A DNA stretch of 62,035 nucleotides from assembly GCA_038245785.1 (NCBI GenBank), contig JBBRSB010000031.1, positions 1 to 62,035 on the forward strand. The letters run 5' to 3'. Source of the stretch: Gloeobacterales cyanobacterium. Its GTDB lineage: Bacteria; Cyanobacteriota; Cyanobacteriia; Gloeobacterales; PMM-0068. Under the pieces are notes generated by a model. It did no database searches and was not told the origin of the DNA. It was given only the letters and a program-made list of their open reading frames with translations. Shown piece by piece: positions 29,684 through 40,824 of this stretch (within the stretch, counting starts at the first letter, position 1; the number at the start of each line of letters is the position of its first letter). Both the position numbers and the translations under genes were made by a program.

Positions 29684-29737
29684 AGCATTATTTTGTGGGT
29701 GGGCTTTAGGGCTTTCAATTATTTTGGTGAATCGTTC

Positions 29738-30685
29738 TCAATCATCCGTGAACCAGAAACGTTCGGATAGATACTTGTCTGCACTATCACAGAGTACAGA
29801 GACCACGACTCCATGGGTAAGCTGACGCGCCACTTTCAAGGCTGCTACGACATTGGCACCAGCAGAAATTCCTACAAGCAGACCTTCCTCTCTGGCAAGC
29901 CGTTTGACCATTTTCTGAGCGTCTTCCGTGGCTATTTCTATCTGCCTATCCGGTACTCCAGGATCGTAAATCGGCGGGACAATCGCCGTCTCCATGTGCT
30001 TCAAACCTTCCAGACCATGAAAAGGAGAATCTGGCTGCATGGCCAAAATTTGGATATTGGGGTCGTATTCTTTGAGGCGACGGCCTACGCCCATACAGGT
30101 ACCAGAAGTACCTAGACCTGTCACAAAATGGGTGATCCGCCCTTCGGTCTGTTCGTAAAGTTCTACGCCCGTAGTGTTGTAATGCGCTTTCCAGTTGTTG
30201 TCATTGCCATACTGGTCCGGATAAAAATAGTGGTCCGGATCCTGGGCATAAATTTCTTGAACTTTCTCAATCGCGCCATCGGACCCTTTCGCCGGGTCTG
30301 TCAGCACGAGTTCTACGCCATAGGCATGCAAAATTCTTTTGCGCTCTTCAGAAGCATTTTGGGGCAAAGTCAGCCGCACTTTGTAGCCCCTTGTGGCCGC
30401 GATCCAGGCATAAGCGATGCCTGTATTCCCAGAAGTGGCGTCCAGAATAATTTTGTCTGGTGTCAGTTTTCCTGAGCGCTCCCCTTCCAAAATCATGTTC
30501 AAGGCTGGGCGGTCTTTCACCGAACCGCCGGGATTGAAGTACTCTGCCTTCCCATAAATCTCTACACCAGGAGCTAAATCGGAGGTTACCCGATTCAGGC
30601 GAATCAGGGGAGTATTGCCTACCAGTTCTGTAAGGTCTTTGGTGGCAGGACGATAGATAGAACGCGTAGCAGCAGGGACGTACAT
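29738..30685 (-). CDS. cysM: PLP-dependent cysteine synthase (CysM/CysK family)
   Basis: NPGGSVKDR, TSGNTG, GLGTSGT; paralogue identity uncertain. Confidence 0.85.
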   Translation of the reverse strand: MYVPAATRSIYRPATKDLTELVGNTPLIRLNRVTSDLAPGVEIYGKAEYFNPGGSVKDRPALNMILEGERSGKLTPDKIILDATSGNTGIAYAWIAATRGYKVRLTLPQNASEERKRILHAYGVELVLTDPAKGSDGAIEKVQEIYAQDPDHYFYPDQYGNDNNWKAHYNTTGVELYEQTEGRITHFVTGLGTSGTCMGVGRRLKEYDPNIQILAMQPDSPFHGLEGLKHMETAIVPPIYDPGVPDRQIEIATEDAQKMVKRLAREEGLLVGISAGANVVAALKVARQLTHGVVVSVLCDSADKYLSERFWFTDD

Positions 30686-30747
30686 CCTCTGATTGTACTG
30701 TTTGTCGGTCGGGATGTGCTGGCTTCAGAAGATGCTTAATTCTTGCT

Positions 30748-31098
30748 CTAATTCGAAATCGGTACATCCTTAAATGCCTGGGTGTGCTCCACAAAAAGGT
30801 CTAGGGATTTATTACCTTCAGGGACTTTCAACCAAACATAAGCATCGACAGAAGTGCCCTTGGCGATCTCATTTAGCCAGACCGTTCCTGTCGCTTTGTT
30901 CCCCTCTAGAGCTTTGAAGGTTTCGCTAGTCTCAGGATTTCGGGCTTTTGTATCGGAAGGATGGAGGCTACTGATGCCCCTCAGGTCTTCATCCCGCACC
31001 ACATTAGACCGCTGCACCCGAAACTGGACATTGACCACATCGCGGGTGCCTGTTTTCGGGTCTTTGATCCGTTTAACGGAGAGGAGTTCCACTTCCAC
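30748..31098 (-). CDS. Hypothetical protein, possibly a 5'-truncated remnant
   Basis: 116-aa ORF with protein-like composition; no family recognised. Confidence 0.45.
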   Translation of the reverse strand: MEVELLSVKRIKDPKTGTRDVVNVQFRVQRSNVVRDEDLRGISSLHPSDTKARNPETSETFKALEGNKATGTVWLNEIAKGTSVDAYVWLKVPEGNKSLDLFVEHTQAFKDVPISN

Positions 31099-31298
31099 GT
31101 GTTTTTTTACGCACAGGAATTCACCCTACTTGTGCCTAGGTCTACAAGCAAAAAAAGATGAATGGGTTCCGTGGCAAGAGATAAAGGCTCAAGCAGCTTT
31201 TAGCCCTGAATCTGAGCCTGTCATAAAATTGACAAAAGACCCCAAGAGCATTATCTTTGTCTCCTTGGACTGCGCGCGTAATTTAGGAAACAAGCTTT

Positions 31299-32645
31299 TT
31301 GGCCAACGTTATTGTGGTTGGGGCCCAGTGGGGCGATGAAGGGAAAGGCAAGATTACGGACCTCTTGAGTCGTTCTGCCGATGTCGTGGTTAGGTATCAA
31401 GGAGGCGTTAATGCAGGCCATACGGTGGTCGTTAACGACGTAACCTTTAAGTTGCACCTCATTCCCTCTGGGATTCTCTACCCGGACACTACGTGTCTGA
31501 TTGCTTCAGGGACTGTCATCGATCCTAAAGTTCTCGGTCAGGAACTGGATAATTTACAAGCTCTAGGAATTTCTGGCGACAATCTCAGAATTTCTCAGAC
31601 AGCTCATGTCACGATGCCCTACCATCGGCTTATTGATTTAGCAGAAGAAGAGCGTAAGGGTCAGAACAAGATTGGCACTACGGGGCGGGGGATTGGGCCA
31701 ACCTATGCAGATAAATCGGACCGCACAGGTTTTCGCATTTTGGACTTGATGTGCCCAGACCGCTTCCGAGCAAAACTTGATTGGGTACTCCCGCTGAAGA
31801 ATGTTCTTTTAGAAAAGCTATACGGTCTTGAACCTCTGGATGCTGATGCGATTCAAGAAGAATACATGGTCTACGCTGAGCGTTTAAGTCAGTACGTTGT
31901 AGATACGGCCCTATTTATTGACCAAGCGGTACGCAGTCGCAAAAATATTCTTTTTGAAGGGGCTCAGGGCACGCTGCTTGACTTGGACCATGGCACCTAT
32001 CCCTACGTCACCAGCTCTAACCCGATTTCTGGGGGAGCTTGCGTCGGCGCTGGCGTAGGTCCGACCATTATCGACCGCGTGATTGGCGTCACAAAAGCCT
32101 ATACAACACGGGTCGGAGAAGGCCCTTTTCCTACGGAACTCAAGGATGGGATCGGCCAACATTTAGGCGATGTTGGTGCTGAATTCGGGACCACCACGGG
32201 TAGAGCCAGACGATGCGGTTGGTTTGATGCCGTTATTGGTCGCTACGCCGTACGGATCAATGGCTTAGACTGTTTGGCCATTACCAAACTGGATGTCTTG
32301 GACGAGTTAGATGAAATCAAAGTTTGTGTAGCCTACAAAATTGATGGTCAGAAGGTGACGGAAATACCACTGGACGCTCATCTGTTCGGTCGTTGTGAAC
32401 CGATGTATGAGACTTTGCCCGGCTGGAAAACTTCTACTAGCGAATGTCGCACCGTAGAAGAACTGCCTAAAGCCGCCTACAACTATTTGAAATTCTTGGC
32501 TGCTCAAACGGGCATTCCCGTTGCGATTGTCTCCTTAGGCGCTGCAAGAGGAGAGACCATCATTGTTGAAGACCCGATCCATGGACCCAAGCGTGGCCTC
32601 CTCTACGATGGAGACTTGGCGGTTCATCCTTTGGGTGCGGAATAA
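31299..32645 (+). CDS. purA: Adenylosuccinate synthetase
   Basis: [32 protein letters not shown] start. Confidence 0.98.
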   Translation: MANVIVVGAQWGDEGKGKITDLLSRSADVVVRYQGGVNAGHTVVVNDVTFKLHLIPSGILYPDTTCLIASGTVIDPKVLGQELDNLQALGISGDNLRISQTAHVTMPYHRLIDLAEEERKGQNKIGTTGRGIGPTYADKSDRTGFRILDLMCPDRFRAKLDWVLPLKNVLLEKLYGLEPLDADAIQEEYMVYAERLSQYVVDTALFIDQAVRSRKNILFEGAQGTLLDLDHGTYPYVTSSNPISGGACVGAGVGPTIIDRVIGVTKAYTTRVGEGPFPTELKDGIGQHLGDVGAEFGTTTGRARRCGWFDAVIGRYAVRINGLDCLAITKLDVLDELDEIKVCVAYKIDGQKVTEIPLDAHLFGRCEPMYETLPGWKTSTSECRTVEELPKAAYNYLKFLAAQTGIPVAIVSLGAARGETIIVEDPIHGPKRGLLYDGDLAVHPLGAE

Positions 32646-32976
32646 TCGAATCGAGCTATATACCAAGACCCCGAGCATCGTTGAAATGTTAAGCGATGTA
32701 TTCCTTTTTACTTTTCTTGATTGCTTATCCAGCAGGATATGCTGTTTCTCCACTCTTGCCATGCACCAAAATTAAATATAGTTTTGCAGGTAATCCGTAA
32801 TACATCCTTTCCAAGAAAGTTGGTATATGGTTTTACTAGTAGGGGCACAAACTCGTCTGTAACCGTTCTTTTTAAGAATAGTTCAGCTAGTTCTTCTTAG
32901 GTCTACAGGTAGAACAGTGTCTTCTTGACGGGCAAGCAAAAAATTAATAACTGGTTCTTCTTTTGTGAGGGAGAAA

Positions 32977-33387
32977 ATGTCGAACAAGCGGAGCAAACGT
33001 GCCCATATTCAGAAGTTTCACTGTCCTTATTGTGAAAGTCGCCTTTGGCGTTTGGGAGGACCGCGACATTTCCTGTATTACAGCAATGCAGCCGAGATCC
33101 TCAAGAATCTGGATGTAACCCGAAAAAGGGCAACGCTGATTGCTACCCAAGGCGCTTACATAGACCGCCTTACCTGGATAGAAGAATTCTTTTGTGGAGA
33201 CCACGGCAAGCTATGGCTACGCCTCCATCAAAAGGAAGATGGCCCTATCATTTCCAAATTAGCCAGTGACGAGGATTGGAGCAGCTCCACAGGAACGATC
33301 GACCCAAACGCGCCCAATCCATCCGTGAGCGAATTTACTTATCGCATGAGCCGCAGACAGGGAAACTACACTCGATATTACAGCTAG
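32977..33387 (+). CDS. Hypothetical protein with putative Zn ligands
   Basis: CPYC and CGDH pairs; GGGAG RBS. Confidence 0.7.
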   Translation: MSNKRSKRAHIQKFHCPYCESRLWRLGGPRHFLYYSNAAEILKNLDVTRKRATLIATQGAYIDRLTWIEEFFCGDHGKLWLRLHQKEDGPIISKLASDEDWSSSTGTIDPNAPNPSVSEFTYRMSRRQGNYTRYYS

Positions 33388-34026
33388 CGCCTTGAAGTTA
33401 AATAATGGGTACTTTACGTCCCTTCTCGATAGCAATCATAAGGTTTTGGATTTACCCGCTTCCCGCCTAAGAGAACGGATTAGCTCTCTTAGGACTTCCG
33501 TTTTGGTGCGTTGAGCTTGGCGACAATATCGTTCTAGCAGAGTACGTTCTTCAGTAGAAGCTTGAAAAGTAATCCAGCCTTGTTCTTTACGGGGCATGTG
33601 TGTACCAAATAAGTTAGAGGAGCTAGGAGCGGATAGTTATACTTAGGACAGTTTTGTCCTTGAGTGTGTAGTTGTGAACTTATGGAATCTTAGCTTTACA
33701 AGCTTGTCAGTGAGCTGCACTATAAGTAAGCGTTATTTTACCGAAAATTCAGGGCTACAGCCTAAATTTTTCAAGGCCTAAAAACAGATTTTTTTTTGAT
33801 AAACATGCCTATGATATCGTCAACGAATGCTTTTCATCCGTTATCATAGTTTCCAGAATGAGAATAAAAGCAGCGTAGCAAACAATAGTAGATATTTTCC
33901 CAAATAATTTCTAAAGCAGGTAATTTTGACTATTTAAATATACTTATCAAGCAAGTCTGAGGCTACGCTACCTATTGGCTCATTTAAGTGAGATCGCCGC
34001 AGTAAGGTGAAGCATCTTACAGATAA

Positions 34027-35190
34027 TTACTCTATTTTCAGCATCAGAACCTGCCGCACTTTCTGCGCAATTATTTTCCAATCGAAGTGTGTAGAAGCAT
34101 ATTCAGAACAGGCAGTTCTAGAAGGTAACGCTATCCTTCCACTCAGGAGTTCTATCAATCGTTCGGCAATTGCTGTTTCTTCCAGAGTTTGGGTAACCAA
34201 GTCAGGACAGAAGGGGTCCAAAACTTCAGGCATACCACCGACTGGAGTACATAGAGCAGGGGTACCGCAGGCTAGCGATTCCAACAGGATCAAACCAAAG
34301 CCTTCTAAACTTTGGCTAGGAACTACGGTTAGGTCTGAGGCTTGGTAGGCAATCGGTAACTGTTCATCAGGCAAAAAACCCAAAAATCTAACGTTATCCT
34401 CCAAGCCTAGTTGTTGAACTTGACGCTCCAGGTCATTTCGCAGGGGACCTTTGCCAGCAATGGCCAGCCACACATCGGGAACCTGAGCTTTAACTTGGAT
34501 TAATGCGGTAAGTAGTTTATCCAGTCCCATGCGGTGAACGAGACGACGAGGAGTAAATAAAATTGTGCGGTCTGAAGGCCAATTGAGTTGGTCACGAGCT
34601 TCCTGACGAGACAGGTTCGGACGGAAGTAGGTCGTATCTACTCCACCGGGAATAATATGAATCTTTTCCCATGGAATACCATATTCCTGATGCAGAATAG
34701 CCCCGAAAGCCTTGCTAAGAACGATGAAGCGATCGCAGCGGCGATAGACAAGCTGCTCCATCCATCGTTTGACCAGTACGTTTAGTGGGCTGCTTCCTTC
34801 CCCTTGACTCTCTAAACCCCAAGGCCCATGAAAGGTGTAGGTAATGGGTACGCCAGAAGGCAAACTGGGCAGCAGAGGCAAACTGTAGGGCGCAAAATGC
34901 AGGTTGATCGCATCTGGATGGGGTGCTTGCCTTTTCTCCCATTGGATGCGGGTTTCCCAAAGCCGTCTCCACATTGGGCTATCAGATTCAGCCAAATTAG
35001 TAAGTTTGATGAGCGGGTTAGAGGCTACGGTAGGCAATCCCACCCCCAATAATTCAATCCGGTCCTGCTCTGCGGCCAGATGATGGGTCAGTTCATAAAC
35101 GTAGCGCTCAAGTCCACCTGGTTTGTTAAGCAGCCAACCATTTCCAACACAGAGAATGTAGGCAGGTTCAGAAAATTTAGCGTTTGGCAT
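34027..35190 (-). CDS. Glycosyltransferase family 4
   Basis: EGFGLILLESLACGTP. Confidence 0.93.
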   Translation of the reverse strand: MPNAKFSEPAYILCVGNGWLLNKPGGLERYVYELTHHLAAEQDRIELLGVGLPTVASNPLIKLTNLAESDSPMWRRLWETRIQWEKRQAPHPDAINLHFAPYSLPLLPSLPSGVPITYTFHGPWGLESQGEGSSPLNVLVKRWMEQLVYRRCDRFIVLSKAFGAILHQEYGIPWEKIHIIPGGVDTTYFRPNLSRQEARDQLNWPSDRTILFTPRRLVHRMGLDKLLTALIQVKAQVPDVWLAIAGKGPLRNDLERQVQQLGLEDNVRFLGFLPDEQLPIAYQASDLTVVPSQSLEGFGLILLESLACGTPALCTPVGGMPEVLDPFCPDLVTQTLEETAIAERLIELLSGRIALPSRTACSEYASTHFDWKIIAQKVRQVLMLKIE

Positions 35191-35862
35191 GATCGGTTCC
35201 CTTCCGTAAACGGGAAAATCGCGTCTTCAATGGGGCATCCTGCCTAAACTTTTTTTAAAGTATTCAGGAGATTTAAAACAAAGTGATTTAGTGATCCCCA
35301 AAAACATTTGAAATGGCCTAATTTCACGCTGGCAGGTCATTTTAACTCGTTTTATTGGCTATTTGCTCTAATAGTTCTCTAAATTTTGCGAACCCATCGG
35401 ACGAATTTGAAAATTTAATTGCAATAAAAATTTCTTGTGGTAATTACTTAGAAATTTGGGGAACTTATAAGCAAGTTCTCTCATCCTTTTCTGTACCTCT
35501 GTAGCAGAGAAAATACCACTTTTCATGAAAAACCTGTCTTTTTCTTGCGCTTTTCGCGTGGAGAATTCCGGATTACTCCCGGTCAAGTCCTCTTTATCGT
35601 CCTATCTGCCTGTATCTCTACGTGGCGATTTACTTAGAAAAAATACAACCCACTCAGTGCTAGGGAGCCGCACGCGCAGCAAGACCTTAACCAAAACCTG
35701 GAATATGGAATCTAACATGATGACAATAGACAAAGACCTAAGCTTTCAGCCTTATGTAGAGAAGGCATCCGCTGCCGTCTTGCACCAAAAGCTGCTGGAC
35801 TTGAGGCCAACCCTGTCGGGAACCCATGTAGTAGTCAACAGCGGTTTGAGGTCGGGTTTCTA

Positions 35863-38574
35863 ATGATTAAGCAATTTCCCGCAAGAACATTTATGCAAAT
35901 CTTCCATACGAAGAGCTTCCCTAAATTGGCCCTAGCTCTTCTTTCCACCTGTTGCGTGATGTTCGTTACATCCTCTTCGAAGACAACAGCAGCCCCTTCT
36001 ACGGTCACTATCTGGCCCTCTACGGCGACCCCTGCTTTGCCGGCAGATCCAGACACTCAGGCGACTGAACTAGGCGTCAAATTCCGTTCTGATCTAAATG
36101 GTTCTATCACCGGTATCAGATTTTATAAAAGCTCCAGTAATACGGGCTCGCATATCGGCACCCTTTGGGATAGCACTGGGAAAAAATTGGCGCAGGCGAC
36201 TTTTAGCAATGAGACGGCCTCAGGCTGGCAGCAGGTCACTTTTGCGACTCCAGTGGCTATTACGGCCAACACCGTCTATGTGGCGTCCTATCACACCAAT
36301 GCTGGACACTATGCCAACGATGATAATTTCTTTGCAAAGGGTGTGGATAATGGTCCCCTGCATGCCCTGAGCGAGGCAGTGAGTGGAGGAAATGGGGTCT
36401 ATAAATATAGTGCGACTCCTACTTTCCCCGACTCCAAAAACCAGTCCACTAACTACTGGGTAGATGTGGTCTTCGCTAACAGTACTCCTGCTCCGACACC
36501 AACACCTACTCCAGCACCGACACCTACTCCTGCGCCCACTCCAACTCCGACGCCGGCACCAACGCCTACTCCTGCTCCAACACCAGCACCTACTCCTTCC
36601 GCGACAGCACCTGTCTTTCCCCTAGAGGTAATGGGTGTGGGGCCATCCTATGGGAAAACAATCACTATTAATGTTCCTTCCACTCAGGTTTCCCAAATTA
36701 AGGGCATCAAGCTAAGAACAAACAATTTAGCTTCTGAAGCTCAGGGGAAAATCCAGATTGGAGCAAACACCTCCTTTATTGATTTGACCAACACAAGCGC
36801 TAAAGTACTTGGCAATGCGAAAACTTATGGGGGTATTGGGGGTGCATTCTCAACGGTTGAAATGATTTTGCCGTTACCATCAGGTCGTGTATCAGCAGGA
36901 GACAATCAGCTCACCTTCCAACAGAATCAGATTAATAACGGCACCGTTGGTTACAGAGTACTTAACGTTGACTTTGTTGATGCAAACAACAACAAGATTA
37001 CAATCCCTGGGTACAGCCCACAGATTGAAGACCCCTCAAAATGGACTGCGCCAGCAGGATATCAAGACCAAGCATCTATCGCTGCTGGAAAGGCTCTATA
37101 CGAGAAGCGTGATAGCTTAAAAGACCCTACTTTTAGTTCCTTCTCTGCTCCAAGAGCGATCAAGGCTTCTTGTGTAGACTGTCACGTTAAATATGGGACA
37201 GACCTTAAGTACTACTCTTTCTCGAATCTCTCGATTATCGAAAGAGCGAAGTTTCACGGTCTATCGGATGTACAAGGCAAACAAATTGCTGCTTACATAC
37301 GTAGTAACTCCTCCCCTGCTCCTGGTAGACCCTGGAATCCACCCTATCAACCTGGGCCGGGAACAGACAGCAAGCCCATCCAAGAGTGGGCTGCAGGTGC
37401 AGGTGTAGATTGGGTTCTGCCAAAAGACTCTGATTCTTTGCCGTACTTGTTCCCTAATGGCATTGGCAATGTTGCTGACATCTCTGCTGATAAGAATATC
37501 AATGCCCGCGAAATCCCAGTAGCGCTACAATTTCCAGACTGGAACCACTGGTTACCTCGCATTCATCCATTAGATGCTTGGGGTGAGTCTGTATGGAATT
37601 CCAGTACTGTACCAAAGCGGTATGACGATCTTAGAGCAGGGCTTAGCGGACCAGACTCAGCAACCTACAAAACTAATGATTATCCATCGCAATTGGGAGG
37701 GCTTAATATCGCTCGCTTTGAATGGACTAAGAACCATCTCGTAGGTGAAAGTCAATGGACACCAGAGTTTACCCAAAAGGTATACGGAACTGCTCTTTGG
37801 AACCTGGTTAAAAACTGGGAACTAGAGCATGAATTCGGCCTTGAGGGCTATGGTTCTAAATGGTATGGCTCTAATGCTGAATCTCGTATTTGGCCGGTGC
37901 ATACGTTCTTCCTCTCTTCACCTTTTATGTTGAATGTTCCTGACGGCCCATCTAGTGTTGGTGGCAATCATCGCAATAATGAATACGTTTCGGCGGCATG
38001 GTATCACGCTCAGGTTGTAACAAATGATTCTTACAGTGGGAATTGGCAAGGGAACAATCCCGTGGATTCTGGCTACTGGTTCGCCAAAGGCAAAGACTTA
38101 GTTCAGGCAGGCGGAGCTCCTGATGGGGTGCGCCTAATGATTAGCCAGCAAAAGTTTTATTATGGACGTGCCAGAACTGGCATTGGCCCTGATAAACCCT
38201 CAGAAGGCTGGTTCCTTGGCTTTGAACTACCTAGCTGGTTAATTGGTGAAGATTGGGCTCCAACAATGGCAGAATTGACAAACCAAGATAAGGCTAAAGT
38301 GTTTACTGCCTTCCTCCGAACGTTTCTTGACAAGAGTAAAAAGTTTACCCCAGCGCAATACTACGCTGGTTCCGCTGAGGATACTAGAATCCAAGATCAA
38401 AACTATGTTCCAATGAGAGCTCCAGATCCACAAGCAGGCCCATACGCGGATCGTCTTGTGTACATGATTCCAAGATTTCGTGAACAAGGGGTAGATAGTG
38501 TGCTTCTTAATGAACTCTGTGATTGGGCTAAAACTATTTGGCCTCGCGGCAACTGGGATTCTCTTAAAGGTTAA
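35863..38574 (+). CDS. Secreted protein: DUF4082 domain, Pro/Thr linker, CxxCH cytochrome-c-like domain and unknown C-terminal region
   Basis: Signal peptide; ELGVKF...GIRFYK...GWQQV...NYWVDVVF; (PT/PA)n; GKALY...CVDCH...[15 protein letters not shown]. Confidence 0.85.
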   Translation: MIKQFPARTFMQIFHTKSFPKLALALLSTCCVMFVTSSSKTTAAPSTVTIWPSTATPALPADPDTQATELGVKFRSDLNGSITGIRFYKSSSNTGSHIGTLWDSTGKKLAQATFSNETASGWQQVTFATPVAITANTVYVASYHTNAGHYANDDNFFAKGVDNGPLHALSEAVSGGNGVYKYSATPTFPDSKNQSTNYWVDVVFANSTPAPTPTPTPAPTPTPAPTPTPTPAPTPTPAPTPAPTPSATAPVFPLEVMGVGPSYGKTITINVPSTQVSQIKGIKLRTNNLASEAQGKIQIGANTSFIDLTNTSAKVLGNAKTYGGIGGAFSTVEMILPLPSGRVSAGDNQLTFQQNQINNGTVGYRVLNVDFVDANNNKITIPGYSPQIEDPSKWTAPAGYQDQASIAAGKALYEKRDSLKDPTFSSFSAPRAIKASCVDCHVKYGTDLKYYSFSNLSIIERAKFHGLSDVQGKQIAAYIRSNSSPAPGRPWNPPYQPGPGTDSKPIQEWAAGAGVDWVLPKDSDSLPYLFPNGIGNVADISADKNINAREIPVALQFPDWNHWLPRIHPLDAWGESVWNSSTVPKRYDDLRAGLSGPDSATYKTNDYPSQLGGLNIARFEWTKNHLVGESQWTPEFTQKVYGTALWNLVKNWELEHEFGLEGYGSKWYGSNAESRIWPVHTFFLSSPFMLNVPDGPSSVGGNHRNNEYVSAAWYHAQVVTNDSYSGNWQGNNPVDSGYWFAKGKDLVQAGGAPDGVRLMISQQKFYYGRARTGIGPDKPSEGWFLGFELPSWLIGEDWAPTMAELTNQDKAKVFTAFLRTFLDKSKKFTPAQYYAGSAEDTRIQDQNYVPMRAPDPQAGPYADRLVYMIPRFREQGVDSVLLNELCDWAKTIWPRGNWDSLKG
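36484..36597 (+). repeat. Pro/Thr/Ala linker-coding repeat
   Basis: TPAPTPTP units with diversified third codon positions. Confidence 0.85.
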
Positions 38575-38591
38575 CTGATCTTAAGGGCAAG

Positions 38592-38627
38592 CAAAAAGAG
38601 CCACACCATATGGTGTGGCTCTTTTTG
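38592..38627. terminator. Bidirectional intrinsic terminator
   Basis: Perfect 36-bp palindrome CAAAAAGAGCCACACCATATGGTGTGGCTCTTTTTG between convergent genes. Confidence 0.85.
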
Positions 38628-38881
38628 TATAACGTCACTGCAGTGATAGTCTCCATCCTCTCTCGCTTTACCCGCCAAGACCGGGAAATCGGAGGATGTA
38701 TGAAAGAAGCCTGATTAGATAAACTAAATCAATCCTGTTCGAATAAGCAAAATCTGAGGGCCAGGTCAACTTGAGAAGCTGATTCCTCTGTTGTCATTAT
38801 TAGAATGATGTGAGGAGTAGGGCGTAAACAAACAGTATACGAGTCTCTAACGCCATTCAGGATAGATTCAAGACTTGACTT

Positions 38882-40009
38882 TTAATTGTCTAAATTAACC
38901 AAGTTTCGGCAAACTTGTCCTACTCTTTGTGCTAGTATTGCATACTCAAAATTATCGCTAGCTACTTGTCTTGCTTCTTCAGCAACATCTAAAAGTCTGG
39001 GTTCTGTCAAGAGTATTCTCAGCTGGGTGGCAAGGCGTGCCGGATAGGTATTATCTCGGACACCCTTATAAGTCAAAAGGCAGCCCACTCCAGGAAGAAC
39101 TCGGCTTGCTTCTCCGACATCGGTCGCAATGATATATTTACCGTAAGCAAGATAGAGTGGCAGCTTGCCAGTCGTTCGTACCATACCCACTAAATCGTTA
39201 GACTGGGTAGACACACATACGTCCATTGCCGAAAGGTATTGGGAAAGTTCATCGTAGGAGATTCGCCCAGTAAACACGACTCGGTCAGTCACACCAAGTT
39301 CTCGTGCGCGATTTTCTAAAATGGGGCGACCATCTCCGTCGCCAACAAGAAGTGCTTTTACCGATAGGTCTTTCAGTAATCCTAAAGCTTCAATGATGTC
39401 CCATCCGTAGCACATCTGATGTCTTTCAGACCAGGACATTGTTCCCACTAGACCGACAACTAAGCTATTGTCAAGTCCCAATTCTGTTTTGAGAGAGGTT
39501 GCATCAACTGATTTAGCTGTATTCATATCAACGCCGTCTGGAATAAATACAACGTTTCGAATACCTCGCTTCTCTAAGAAAGGTTTGTGATAGCTGCCAC
39601 GAACAATAAGGCAATCTGAATTCTTGAGTGCTATCTGTTCTATCCAGTGAATCAGCCCTAGTTGCACCTTAGAGTAATTGCCTAAGGATTTCGCTAACTC
39701 ATAGGCGACATCCCCTGTGTCGATTATCAATTTGGAGCCAATCAGTTTTTTGGCGATACACCCGGCCAAGACACCCGTGTAAGCAGTATCCATCACATAG
39801 ATAATGTCGGGTCGGTACTTTAAAGCAGTTTGGATAAAGGGAAGGATGCCTTTCCATTTAGGGACTGGTCTATAGTTGAACCAAATGTCCCACTCCGGTG
39901 ACAGCCTTTCTGCAAATATCTTGGCACGAACACCAGCGGCACTGACTTCAGAGCCATTGACAAAAAAAATCAGCTTAAGCTTGGAAATTTTGCAATTGAT
40001 TGGCTTCAT
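38882..40009 (-). CDS. Glycosyltransferase family 4-like
   Basis: IPDGVD, LVGDGDGR, KLPLYLAYGKYIIATDVG. Confidence 0.85.
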   Translation of the reverse strand: MKPINCKISKLKLIFFVNGSEVSAAGVRAKIFAERLSPEWDIWFNYRPVPKWKGILPFIQTALKYRPDIIYVMDTAYTGVLAGCIAKKLIGSKLIIDTGDVAYELAKSLGNYSKVQLGLIHWIEQIALKNSDCLIVRGSYHKPFLEKRGIRNVVFIPDGVDMNTAKSVDATSLKTELGLDNSLVVGLVGTMSWSERHQMCYGWDIIEALGLLKDLSVKALLVGDGDGRPILENRARELGVTDRVVFTGRISYDELSQYLSAMDVCVSTQSNDLVGMVRTTGKLPLYLAYGKYIIATDVGEASRVLPGVGCLLTYKGVRDNTYPARLATQLRILLTEPRLLDVAEEARQVASDNFEYAILAQRVGQVCRNLVNLDN

Positions 40010-40763
40010 TTTTTATGGCTACTGCATGTTTGTAAGCTTTTATGCGAATATTGAAAGCAAGTAAACGAGGATACGGAACGCCGCTTTCCCAGTCCTGTAA
40101 GCGATTAAGTGAATTCCCAATTGGACGTGGTAGCAGCTCCAACCTGTCACCTACTGCTAGTATCCAATTGATAAATGGCATGAATAAACCACAAAACCGA
40201 ACGTCTTCAATTCTAAAACGATTGGCAAAGAGCTGATTAATTTCATCTAAAGATAAATGCTTGTGCCCTACTTCTACTGGAGTAGATGGAGTGAAGTTAG
40301 CTATACGCATATAAGTACGATATATTGCTGGAAATCGCCGTTTGAAGTCTAAATGATCTACCCAAGCAAATAATCCATCGTAAGGTGCAGTAAATATGAA
40401 TAAGCCGCCATCTTTCAACACTCTCCAGGCTTCATCAATAACAAGTTGCTTGTTTTCGTCCCCAACATGTTCAATCACCTCAGAGAGGATTACCACATTA
40501 AACATATTGTTTTCAAAAGGTAAACTAGCTGCCGTTTGATGAATAAATTTAATGTTTGGATATGATTGTCGAGCCTGCAATAGGGCATCTCGATCCATAT
40601 CAATTCCCCACAATTCATTAGATTTTCCTACTAGCGATCCTAGTGTCCATCCATAAGAACAACCAATGTCTAATATCTTATCTACAGAATCTGGGACAGA
40701 TTCAGAGACATAGGGGATTCGACCTCCGCCAATCGATTTTAGGGATAACCAAAAGTTAGACAT
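39975..40763 (-). CDS. Class I SAM-dependent methyltransferase
   Basis: ILDIGCSYG, EVIEHV, RVLKDGG. Confidence 0.9.
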   Translation of the reverse strand: MSNFWLSLKSIGGGRIPYVSESVPDSVDKILDIGCSYGWTLGSLVGKSNELWGIDMDRDALLQARQSYPNIKFIHQTAASLPFENNMFNVVILSEVIEHVGDENKQLVIDEAWRVLKDGGLFIFTAPYDGLFAWVDHLDFKRRFPAIYRTYMRIANFTPSTPVEVGHKHLSLDEINQLFANRFRIEDVRFCGLFMPFINWILAVGDRLELLPRPIGNSLNRLQDWESGVPYPRLLAFNIRIKAYKHAVAIKNEANQLQNFQA

Positions 40764-40824
40764 GTTGCAAATCCTGTGAAAATTGTTATGCCAATTAAAA
40801 ACCAAATAAGATTTAGTTCTGCAA

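Noticed and set aside
33390..35860. Riboswitch or ops/JUMPstart element in the long intergenic spacers
   Set aside because: Only short hairpins; no consensus motif recognised.
35525..35863. 112-aa ORF upstream of the 903-aa gene
   Set aside because: No recognisable motif; lies in the divergent promoter region; likely spurious.
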